From positions 233,942 to 297,941 of the forward strand of contig JAOAPE010000012.1 in the NCBI GenBank assembly GCA_025462725.1: a stretch of 64,000 nucleotides of DNA. The letters run 5' to 3'. Made by a program: the position numbers and the translations under genes. Under the pieces are notes generated by a model. It was not told where the DNA came from and did not search any database. It was given only the letters and a program-made list of their open reading frames with translations. Each line of letters starts with the position of its first letter. The stretch's first letter is position 1. This stretch comes from Terriglobales bacterium (GTDB taxonomy: Bacteria; Acidobacteriota; Terriglobia; Terriglobales; Acidobacteriaceae). Positions 51,645 through 59,813 of this stretch are shown here, piece after piece.

Positions 51645-51694
51645 TGGTGGCCAGAGACGGAATCGAACCGCTGACGCCAGCCTTTTCAGGACTC
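51645..51694 (-). pseudogene. tRNA-Phe(GAA) 3' half only (anticodon arm, variable loop, T arm, acceptor 3' strand, ACCA)
   Basis: Reverse strand reads GAGTC CTGAAAA GGCTG GCGTC AGCGG TTCGATT CCGTC TCTGGCC A CCA. The 26 nt upstream cannot form an acceptor or D arm. Confidence 0.7.
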
Positions 51695-51931
51695 GGAAGA
51701 CAGGTAATGTCGGCGGCTTTAAGAAAGCGGTAGAAAGACTCGGATAGTGCGGGGAACCAGCGGGAATGGCTATTGTTCCCGTATTGTTCCCACGATTAAT
51801 AATAATGCGTCGGCTCACAAATCCCACATGCGGACGGTTGGCTAGCAGACCCCGAGCGCGAACCACCAGGCGGGAAATCGGTCGAAAATGCGGGAGATCG
51901 GTAGACATCTTGGGGAGAAAACCTGAAAAGT

Positions 51932-54900
51932 CTATGGTTGTGCGCTGACGGAAACAGGAAAGTGTCTGATTACGTTTCCGGACCTTGCTTCTACCGAAAC
52001 CGGTACGATGGTTGTGCCTGTTGAATGTTTTCGCAGCCGTGCCGCTCTACCGTGGAGTGCCCTGAGCGTGATATTTACCAACGAGGTGTTGGCTCCTAGT
52101 CGTAGACGATTAGGAGTTGCAGAACAAGTGTAAGCTGCACCTGCACTGCAAGATACTTCCACTGGACTACTCGCCCCCAAAGCCGTCAATTGTAGTGGTG
52201 ATGAGATTGCTTGCGGGACCGCTCCTCGCGATGCCCTGGTGGGACGAATTAAGGACAGGACAATATCAAAGCCATTACCAGTTATCGGGACAGAAAGCGT
52301 ATTCGCATCCGTGGTCACCACCAGTGCCGCCGATTTTGCTCCGAACTCGGAAGGCGCAAACCTGACGTTGATATCACAGCTCGTTGCCGGAGCTAGCGTA
52401 GCGGCGCAATTATTGGTGACCGTAAAATCGGACTGTGTGGCTACGATAGAGCCTATGGCCAGGATCCTACTTTGCTGATTGTTCGTAACCCTTATTGTCC
52501 GAGTGCTCGACATCAAATTGGGCACGAGATTGCCGAAGGCTAGTTGTTGCGGTTGCGACAAAATTGGTTGTGGCGAAACTGTGAAATTCGTTGTGCCCGA
52601 AACACCACCAGTCGCGCCAGGATTGAAGACGGTAATCTCGGCTGTGGCCGGAGATGCCAGATCAGCCGTAGAAATTGCCGCAACGAGTGTATTGCTGTCA
52701 ATCAAACTTGTGGTGCGGTCTTTTCCATTCCAGCGGACTACTGAACCGGCGTTGAAGTTGCTACCCGTAAGATGGACATACTGATTGTGACTTCCTGCTA
52801 GCGCACCGCTGGGAGAGAGGCTTGCAACGGCTGGGACCGGCCCGACTTCGGCAAAGGGATTTAAGGCTGAGGTCTGAAAAACGTGAATCCTGCCGTCCGC
52901 CAATACAGCCGTATCAGGCCGAACCAAGATGAAATCGCTGAATGAAGTGCTGATAATCCCCGGACCGAATGTGTACCCGAGGAAATCGCCCGTATTCAGA
53001 TCGAATGCATTGAATCCATACTGCATTGGAAATATAACCCTGTTGCGGCTCGGGTCCGGAAATACTGCACCGTAGGAATTCGACCCATTGTCTGAGAATC
53101 TATCGTATTGCTTAATGGACTTTCCTGATTGCAAGTCATATGCTGAACCCGATACTGAATAAGCGATCCCTTTCTGGATAATTGAACTGGAAGTGTCGGG
53201 AATACTGACCGAATTCACCAGCTGTATCCCGTTATCTCCCACGGACATTAAGTATGCGAGTTGTGGGTTACCACTCAATGCGTAAAAGCTATAAGGCACA
53301 TTTCCCACCTGTAGCAGTCCTTCGCCCGAATGATTGTTGAAGATCAACTCCTGAACATCGCCAAGTTGCACTCGGAACGAAGTAAAGAAATTGTCCCAGA
53401 GAGAACCTACCTGTAAGCCCTCGCGGTAAAGCGCTATGCCCCCAACTGCGAAGGACAACACAACGCTCTTGTCGTCAGTTGGAAGCACAAACATGTCGTA
53501 AACAGAAAGTGCCATACCCCTTCGAGTTCCGAGGCTGGCCTGCTGATCAATAATCTGGGCCACAGTATCAAAGCGCAGCAGCTTGTTGCCCGAAGCGATA
53601 TGCAAGAATCTGCCGTCGGCTGAGAGCGCCATGGCTGTGATTACACCGCCTAAATCGACCGTCTTTTCCACTCCGGTGTCAGGATCAATCACATACAAAA
53701 AATTGAACCCAGTCCCGCCATAAAGGGAGTTGCCATTGCTCGCGCCGTAAATCCTTCGTTTAAAGGGGTCGAAAACCATACGGTCCACTGCAACCGGCAG
53801 GTACACGTCGAATGAACCCGCGTGAAGTTGATTTGCGGGATTCCCGGCAAGTAGGATTTTTACGTCGAAGACGCCCGGCACAGTAAGCGCGCTAGCAGGG
53901 ATATTTGCGCGAACGAAAAATGTTTGCCCGGCGGGGACAATGGTTGTCGGGTAAGTTGTACCGTTGAAGTTGATTAAAGATCCGGCGGGAACGTGATTCA
54001 CTTGTGCTTCTAACTGGAAGGCCGTTCCAACTGCTATGGAACCTCCCGGAGCGCAGCATCCTCCAATGGCGACAGCGTTTGGATTTGGATCAGCTATTCC
54101 GGCATACGATAGATTCACGCCATATGGACTTCCAACTGCATTGCTGTAAACGTTCAGCTTCCCAGAGATCTGCCCTTTAAATCCTGACGCAACTTCAACG
54201 AGGATATTGCAGCTCGATCCGGCAGACAAGACGTTAGGACACTTACTCGAGCGAAAAAATGTGAACCAGTTTGAATCAACCCTAATGGATTGAATAGCAA
54301 GATCTGCATTCCCCGTATTAGTCAGTGTTACCTCGCGCGGGCTTGCCGTGTCGGGGTGGCCCTCGATCTCGGTTCCGAAGTCGATCGACTCCGGAGAAAG
54401 CGACACTGCCGGCCCGGTAAATCCGTTCCCTCGCAGCGCCACGATGTGAGGACTTCCTACGGCAGAACTGCTGATGGTCAGGGTCCCCGCGCGAGTTCCC
54501 AGCGCCGAAGGGCTGAAGCTAATGTCGAGCTCGCACGCGGAGCCGGGTGCGAGAACGGTACAAGTATTCGACGCTAATGAGAAGTCGCCCGAAACATTTA
54601 CGCCAGCGAACGTCACAGTCGTAGCTCCCACGTTGCGGATTGCGACTGGCGCCGGGGTACCAGTTGAATTTAGATGATGATTGCTCAGATTCAATAGTGA
54701 GGGCGTTATGGACAGTTCCGATGGTCGCAGGTCTACTCGCCAAGCGCCGCGGCCATGAGTGAAAGCAAAAAGATGTTGGCCGCTGGCATCGAATTTAAGC
54801 GATTCAACAACTACGTTTGCGAACCCAGTATTTTCCACCGCCCAACTCTGTCCGCCATCGAGAGAGACGAATACACCGACGTCAGTGCCCGCATACAGCC

Positions 54901-56740
54901 GCGAAGTCACATTGGGATCAACCGCAATCGAATGTACCGGGACATCAGGAATGGCGCCGTCTCCGACGCCATCGGATTGGTTCCAGGTGCTCCCAGCATC
55001 AGCGCTCTTGTAGACGTGTGCGGCGTGGTCGACCCCGAAAGTGGAGTAGGTGGCATAGACCACATTCTGGTTCTTCGGATCAAAAGCTATGGAAGAAACA
55101 AAGCCATTTCGTGGAAACGCATAATCAACATTCGTTGAAGAGTTCGAAGTGAGACCATTGGTCTGCCTGAGAATATATCCGTCGCTCATCCCCAGAATAA
55201 CTAGATTTGGATTCCCCGGAGCAACGGCAAGAGAACTGACAAGTCCGTTCCCCGGAGTTACATCGCTGGCGCGCTGCCACGTAGCGGCTCCGTCGTTGCT
55301 GCGCCAAAGGTAGATTCCCCCAGTCCACAAACGTTTCGGCTGCGCTGGATCCATCACAAAGGGAGCAACAAATAATCCAAAATCAGATATGCCGTTGGTC
55401 GCTGGCGCAAAAGTCTGCCCGCCATCGCCGGAGCTTTTTAGTGACAGACCTGGGTTTGAAGCAAAAAGACGATTCGTGTTTGTCGGGTCCACGGCCACGT
55501 ATCCGCCATCGCCGCCTAGAATTTCCGACCACACGGTGTCGCTCACGACGCCGGAGCGAATCGTGCCATTGTCCTGCGTGCCCCCGAAATAGGTACTACC
55601 GTCTGGATATGGTGCACCGTGGTAGAACTGCGTGACTCCGTAACCATTATTTATACTGGTCCAGGTGACTCCAGATTGCGAAGAATCGCAAGTAGCTAGG
55701 GGACCGGTGGCGGTGGAAGCCAGTGCGTCGTCGGTCCGGAAAATCCCGCCATCATTTCCTACATACATCTTCCTGTTGCTGCTGCCGTTGTAGGACGGGT
55801 GGAAGGCGATGACGTGCTGGTCTGGATGGACGTACTGCGGTTGTCCTTTCGCAAGCCAATAAGAAGCTAACCCCCAGTTTGCGCCACCATCATCGGAGCG
55901 AAACAGGTCAATGCCTCCTGCCCAAACACGGTTTGGATTTACCGGATCGACAGCCAGGACATTGTCATACCACCCTTGATCGACAAAGAAACTGTTCCCG
56001 ACGCCGCATTCGCTCGCGGTCGCTGCTTCGGGATTTGTAAGCAGCAGGGTGTTTAGCTTTATTGGACTGGCGGCACTGGTTTGCACTGTCCAGGTAGCTG
56101 GGTCGCCACTCGAGCCTGAGCGATAGACGGCGCGCAAAGCGTAGTTCCGGGCTGGATCTTGCACCCGATCGGCCATGGCATAAATGACGTCTTGGTTAGA
56201 AGGTGCCAGCGCCAGGCTGATGCGCCCGATGGCATCATCAGCGAGTAGTGTCTGCCACTGACTGTTAATGTTCTCGGCATTGGGGTTGCGGAGAATCGAG
56301 CCGCGGCTGAACTGTCCGCAAGCAGTAATCAAGTAGTCACCAGCTTTGTCAGTGCGCATTACCAAGTCCGGGCAAGTGTTCCCAACCACCGACCAGCGCC
56401 AGGTAGCTCCGCTGTCTGCCGAACTCCATACACCTGATCTTGCCGCTACATAGACGTTGGATGGATTGTGCGCGCTGACGAGCACTTTGAAGACATAATC
56501 GAACGCACCGGGATAGAACAAGGCATTCGGTCCATTGAGGTGACTCCAATTGGCACCGCCGTCGGTGGACTTAAAAATCCCGCCTCCGCGCACGGCGTCA
56601 AAATTGCTGTAGCCCTCTCCGGTTCCGGCATAAATTACGCTGTGGCTGGACGGGTCGATGGCCAAAGTAGTCACGGCAAGGTTGGCTATGAGATCAGAGA
56701 CAGGCGACCAGCTACCGCCAGCATTGAAGGACTTCCACAC
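51932..56740 (-). CDS. Giant BNR/Asp-box beta-propeller plus Ig-like (ASH/choice-of-anchor-D-like, IPT/TIG) surface protein, main body (1602-aa frame)
   Basis: Asp-boxes KSTDGGANW, SSADSGATW, RSDDGGANW, RSNDGAATW, KSADAGSTW and SLDGGQSW. Ig-like modules (VTFAGVNVSGDFSLASNTC...GSACELDISFSP). An IPT/TIG-like module (LTGSNFNAGSVVRWNG...ITVFNPG). Confidence 0.8.
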   Translation of the reverse strand: MWKSFNAGGSWSPVSDLIANLAVTTLAIDPSSHSVIYAGTGEGYSNFDAVRGGGIFKSTDGGANWSHLNGPNALFYPGAFDYVFKVLVSAHNPSNVYVAARSGVWSSADSGATWRWSVVGNTCPDLVMRTDKAGDYLITACGQFSRGSILRNPNAENINSQWQTLLADDAIGRISLALAPSNQDVIYAMADRVQDPARNYALRAVYRSGSSGDPATWTVQTSAASPIKLNTLLLTNPEAATASECGVGNSFFVDQGWYDNVLAVDPVNPNRVWAGGIDLFRSDDGGANWGLASYWLAKGQPQYVHPDQHVIAFHPSYNGSSNRKMYVGNDGGIFRTDDALASTATGPLATCDSSQSGVTWTSINNGYGVTQFYHGAPYPDGSTYFGGTQDNGTIRSGVVSDTVWSEILGGDGGYVAVDPTNTNRLFASNPGLSLKSSGDGGQTFAPATNGISDFGLFVAPFVMDPAQPKRLWTGGIYLWRSNDGAATWQRASDVTPGNGLVSSLAVAPGNPNLVILGMSDGYILRQTNGLTSNSSTNVDYAFPRNGFVSSIAFDPKNQNVVYATYSTFGVDHAAHVYKSADAGSTWNQSDGVGDGAIPDVPVHSIAVDPNVTSRLYAGTDVGVFVSLDGGQSWAVENTGFANVVVESLKFDASGQHLFAFTHGRGAWRVDLRPSELSITPSLLNLSNHHLNSTGTPAPVAIRNVGATTVTFAGVNVSGDFSLASNTCTVLAPGSACELDISFSPSALGTRAGTLTISSSAVGSPHIVALRGNGFTGPAVSLSPESIDFGTEIEGHPDTASPREVTLTNTGNADLAIQSIRVDSNWFTFFRSSKCPNVLSAGSSCNILVEVASGFKGQISGKLNVYSNAVGSPYGVNLSYAGIADPNPNAVAIGGCCAPGGSIAVGTAFQLEAQVNHVPAGSLINFNGTTYPTTIVPAGQTFFVRANIPASALTVPGVFDVKILLAGNPANQLHAGSFDVYLPVAVDRMVFDPFKRRIYGASNGNSLYGGTGFNFLYVIDPDTGVEKTVDLGGVITAMALSADGRFLHIASGNKLLRFDTVAQIIDQQASLGTRRGMALSVYDMFVLPTDDKSVVLSFAVGGIALYREGLQVGSLWDNFFTSFRVQLGDVQELIFNNHSGEGLLQVGNVPYSFYALSGNPQLAYLMSVGDNGIQLVNSVSIPDTSSSIIQKGIAYSVSGSAYDLQSGKSIKQYDRFSDNGSNSYGAVFPDPSRNRVIFPMQYGFNAFDLNTGDFLGYTFGPGIISTSFSDFILVRPDTAVLADGRIHVFQTSALNPFAEVGPVPAVASLSPSGALAGSHNQYVHLTGSNFNAGSVVRWNGKDRTTSLIDSNTLVAAISTADLASPATAEITVFNPGATGGVSGTTNFTVSPQPILSQPQQLAFGNLVPNLMSSTRTIRVTNNQQSRILAIGSIVATQSDFTVTNNCAATLAPATSCDINVRFAPSEFGAKSAALVVTTDANTLSVPITGNGFDIVLSLIRPTRASRGAVPQAISSPLQLTALGASSPVEVSCSAGAAYTCSATPNRLRLGANTSLVNITLRALHGRAARLRKHSTGTTIVPVSVEARSGNVIRHFPVSVSAQP

Positions 56741-57315
56741 CCCCCCCGGCTACACCCCCCCGCATACATAATGTTGGCATCGTTGGAGTCGATGACTAAG
56801 GCCCGGGTTCGGCCACCGATATTGCCGGGACCGAGGGGCGACCAGGTTTGCAACCCCGGCTGAAGGATCCCGCTGACTTCGCCGGCAGCGCGGGTCGACA
56901 CTGCAAGTCTTGTACTGGCAACGGAGGAGTGCCGCTGCATGCGCTGCATCTTTTGTGAAGCGTCCAGGTACTTTTCAACGGGCAGGCTCCTTTCGTTGGT
57001 GGGCAGCCGCTTTTGCAGATAATAATGAGCAGCTTCCGATGGCGAGTCGTAACCGCGCTCGCGTTGCTGATCACCTTCTCTGTAGGCCTCTCTCCATCTT
57101 CGTTGCAAGGCTTGCGGCGATCTTGCTTTGGATTTCGGACGGTGTGGTTTGCGCAGCGAAGCAGCGGCTTTTTTTAAAATGGGCCCGCTGGAGTTTGCCG
57201 AGGTCGCTTGGGAAAAAACCGGAAGGGAAGAGTAGAGCAAGAAAAAGAGACTGCTCACCAGCAAGAATGGCGAAAAGGGGCGATTACTACCAGGTTCGGG
57301 GGGCATAATTCTCAA
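56686..57315 (-). CDS. N-terminal fragment (signal peptide plus first propeller blade) of the same giant protein, in a different frame
   Basis: Signal peptide FLLVSSLFFLLYSSLPVFSQA. Ends with GPGNIGGRTRALVIDSNDANIMYAGG and then goes out of frame at the poly-G tracts. Confidence 0.7.
   Translation of the reverse strand: MRIMPPEPGSNRPFSPFLLVSSLFFLLYSSLPVFSQATSANSSGPILKKAAASLRKPHRPKSKARSPQALQRRWREAYREGDQQRERGYDSPSEAAHYYLQKRLPTNERSLPVEKYLDASQKMQRMQRHSSVASTRLAVSTRAAGEVSGILQPGLQTWSPLGPGNIGGRTRALVIDSNDANIMYAGGCSRGGCGSPSMLAVAGRLSLIS
56740..56761 (-). other. Two homopolymer tracts (G7 at 56761..56755 and G8 at 56747..56740 in gene orientation) at the frame break
   Basis: Counted directly: plus strand is C8 (56740..56747), GGCTACA, C7 (56755..56761). 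Confidence 0.9.
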
Positions 57316-57323
57316 TCCAGCTA

Positions 57324-57524
57324 CTACGAATTGAGGATTGTACCCCAGCTTCTCTGGCCGCTTCTATGCAAATCTTTGGAGGAAGCCAGCGGGAGCCGGT
57401 TAGCTCTAAGGTGGCGATCAATGCGGGCGCCGTCGGCCGATACTTGAGGACGAAAAGCCAAAACCTCTTCTCTGTCAGTTAGCGACTGGAATCTACCTCT
57501 GGCCAAGAAATTTGATAATGTCAC
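57324..57524 (-). CDS. Hypothetical 66-aa ORF, doubtful
   Basis: 4-nt overlap with the upstream ORF. Lies in what should be the promoter region of the giant gene. No family recognised. Confidence 0.2.
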   Translation of the reverse strand: MTLSNFLARGRFQSLTDREEVLAFRPQVSADGARIDRHLRANRLPLASSKDLHRSGQRSWGTILNS

Positions 57525-57934
57525 CTGAAAGACTGCTTATTACGATTTCCGGATCCTAAGACGATTGAGGTGTTTTTGGAAAGCGGAGCGCAGGATGCGA
57601 GTTGGTCTATTAAATTGCCAAAAGAGGATGCAGTTCCAATCCATTCCTCGCCGCCTTTCTCTGCCCGTGTGCGGATGAAGAAAGCCACGTCTGTTGTCTT
57701 AATCAACTTCCCAATTTCCAGTTGCGCCACCTTGGCCTGTAATGCGCGAAAGCTTTCCTCTAGGTGAACAGGTGGCGCATTCAGGGCTGGCACTTCAGCG
57801 ACCATGCCGTCTTTCAGAGCACGAGTGAGCTTTATTGACCAGACGACCCTTTCCCAAGCTGCTAACGTCCTCCTTGTGGGCTGAACTTCGCCGGTTGAGT
57901 CGGCGATAGTCGAACAAAGAGGAGCTGTCATCAT
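57521..57934 (-). CDS. Hypothetical 137-aa protein
   Basis: Helical-looking sequence (EESFRALQAKVAQLEIGKLIK). Its first codons overlap the divergent DUF3309 start and SD, so the true start may be internal. Confidence 0.4.
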   Translation of the reverse strand: MMTAPLCSTIADSTGEVQPTRRTLAAWERVVWSIKLTRALKDGMVAEVPALNAPPVHLEESFRALQAKVAQLEIGKLIKTTDVAFFIRTRAEKGGEEWIGTASSFGNLIDQLASCAPLSKNTSIVLGSGNRNKQSFR

Positions 57935-58085
57935 GGGAACAATTCTGATCGTAGTCCTTGTACTGATGTTAGTGGGAGCCTTTCCCCGATGGCCGCACAG
58001 CCGTGGATGGGGATACGCGCCTACCGGCGGTGTCAGCCTTCTCCTGATTATTTTGTTGGTGTTAATCCTTTCCGGCCGGCTCTGA
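57933..58085 (+). CDS. DUF3309 small membrane protein (50 aa), below the ORF-track cutoff
   Basis: MGTILIVVLVLMLVGAFPRWPHSRGWGYAPTGGVSLLLIILLVLILSGRL. GAGGAG 9 nt upstream. Confidence 0.75.
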   Translation: MGTILIVVLVLMLVGAFPRWPHSRGWGYAPTGGVSLLLIILLVLILSGRL

Positions 58086-58172
58086 AAATATTTCTACACA
58101 ATTTAAGAAATTCAAATCGCAGATGAGCGCCACAGAAAGCAGTGGTTTAAGCAATACGCTTCATGGAGAGTT

Positions 58173-58859
58173 ATGAAAAAGCTAGGTTTGTTGTTGGTAA
58201 TAGCGGGTTTAAGCACGTTCGGTTTCGCGGGAACAGCGCGTCAGGATGCGGACAATCGGTTGAATGCTTCCGCCGAGGTCTTGCACGAACTGATGAATGC
58301 GTCTGACAAGGGCATTCCTCAAGAAGTCCTGGAACATGCGAAGTGCATCGCTGTTGTGCCGAATATGCTTAAAGGTGGATTCGTTCTCGGTGGCAGCCAT
58401 GGCAAAGGTGTCGCGACTTGCAGAAATGCCAACGGATGGAGCGCTCCGGCTTTCTTCACAGTGGGCGGCGGCAGCGCAGGTTTCCAGATCGGTATTGAAG
58501 GCGTCGATTTGGTCATGATCATCCAGAATGAAAAAGGGATGCAGAAGCTGATTGCCAGCAAGTTCCAGATCGGCGCAGATGCTTCGGCAGCCGCAGGGCC
58601 GGTCGGTCGTCACGCATCAGCGGACACCGATTGGAAGCTTGAAACGGAAATCCTGACTTACTCGCGTGCAAAAGGCGCGTTTGCCGGGATCACCTTGAAT
58701 GGCGTTTCCATTCGTCGCGATGACGATTCCACGAAGGCAGTCTATGGCCGCAAGGTCTCTACTGCTGCTGTTCTAAGCGGGAAAGTTGCTGTTCCCGCTT
58801 CTGCGACATCGTTCATCGCTGCAGTGAGCGGCGCAAAAGCTGTTGCGCAAGCGAAATAG
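58173..58859 (+). CDS. SYLF (DUF500/Ysc84-like) lipid-binding domain protein, secreted
   Basis: AKCIAVVPNMLKGGFVLGGSHGKGVATCR...GWSAPAFFTVGGGSAGFQIG. Confidence 0.8.
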   Translation: MKKLGLLLVIAGLSTFGFAGTARQDADNRLNASAEVLHELMNASDKGIPQEVLEHAKCIAVVPNMLKGGFVLGGSHGKGVATCRNANGWSAPAFFTVGGGSAGFQIGIEGVDLVMIIQNEKGMQKLIASKFQIGADASAAAGPVGRHASADTDWKLETEILTYSRAKGAFAGITLNGVSIRRDDDSTKAVYGRKVSTAAVLSGKVAVPASATSFIAAVSGAKAVAQAK

Positions 58860-58965
58860 CAGCACTGAATGTTCACGGCTAGTGGCAGGTAGCTGACCAC
58901 CGCTATCTGCCATTTTTTGTTCCCAATTGCCGGTCGATAATCATCGGCGTATTAAGAAAGATGAT

Positions 58966-59673
58966 ATGAGCGCTCAACAGAAAATCCTGATCGTGGACGA
59001 CAACCCCGGACTTCGGGCGGTGTGTTCTTCGTTGCTAGCATCAGCGGGATATTTGGTCACCAGCGCGGAAGACGGTTTTGCGGGCTTGTTATGCCTGGAA
59101 AAAAATATCCCGGATCTGATCCTGTGCGACCTCCATCTGCCCCGCATGTCAGGATTCGAGTTTCTCTCGGTGGTGCGACGACGATTTCCTGAAGTGCGAG
59201 TAATGGCCATGAGCGGCGCCTACGTCGGCGACTCAAATTCAGGGGGAATACTTGCCGACGCGTTTTACGCAAAAGGTCAGAGTCCCACGACGTTCCTTGG
59301 GACAGTGCAAACATTGTTGCAAGCGTTCACTCCAAGCAGACATACACGGGAACTCGCGGAAGTCTGGATCCCATTGAACGCGAAAGACTCCCACGGCAAT
59401 CCTTATGTTGTGGCAACGTGCCCGGAATGCTTCCGCACATTTCCACTGACTGTGTCGCCGTTGGGAAGCCCGGACATTCTCAATGCTTCCTGTTTCTTCT
59501 GCGCTTTCCACATCAAATACAAGAACGACTTTCCGCGTCCCACGATTGCGAGCGAGGGCGCCCCGATGTTGGAGCAGCCACTGACTAAAGCTGAAGTGGT
59601 TGAGGCAGCTGCGATTGAAGCGTCCACTGGAGCATTTGAAGACGAGATTGCAAGCCAAACACCCTTTATCTAG
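58966..59673 (+). CDS. Orphan response regulator: receiver domain plus a Cys-pair (zinc-ribbon-like) C-terminal domain
   Basis: KILIVDDNPGLR, LILCDLHLPRMSGFEFL, MAMSG; then CPEC-x26-CFFC. Start at ATG 58966. Confidence 0.75.
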   Translation: MSAQQKILIVDDNPGLRAVCSSLLASAGYLVTSAEDGFAGLLCLEKNIPDLILCDLHLPRMSGFEFLSVVRRRFPEVRVMAMSGAYVGDSNSGGILADAFYAKGQSPTTFLGTVQTLLQAFTPSRHTRELAEVWIPLNAKDSHGNPYVVATCPECFRTFPLTVSPLGSPDILNASCFFCAFHIKYKNDFPRPTIASEGAPMLEQPLTKAEVVEAAAIEASTGAFEDEIASQTPFI

Positions 59674-59813
59674 AGTCTCTAAAAAGAAATTTCCCCATGT
59701 GAGCACTCTTGCTCAGACCCGGTAACGCCCGCCTGTCATGCTGTATCCATCGAGAGTCATTCAATCATTTTTGATACGAGCAGTAGGGCAGATGACTGCC
59801 ACTAGGAGATACA

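Noticed and set aside
51645-51730. Complete tRNA gene on the reverse strand
   Set aside because: The 3' 50 nt fold as a tRNA-Phe 3' half. The upstream 26 nt (AAAGCCGCCGACATTACCTGTCTTCC) cannot pair with TCTGGCC or form a D arm, so it is a fragment.
51636-51908. 90-aa reverse ORF
   Set aside because: Overlaps the tRNA fragment and low-complexity non-coding DNA. Not protein-like.
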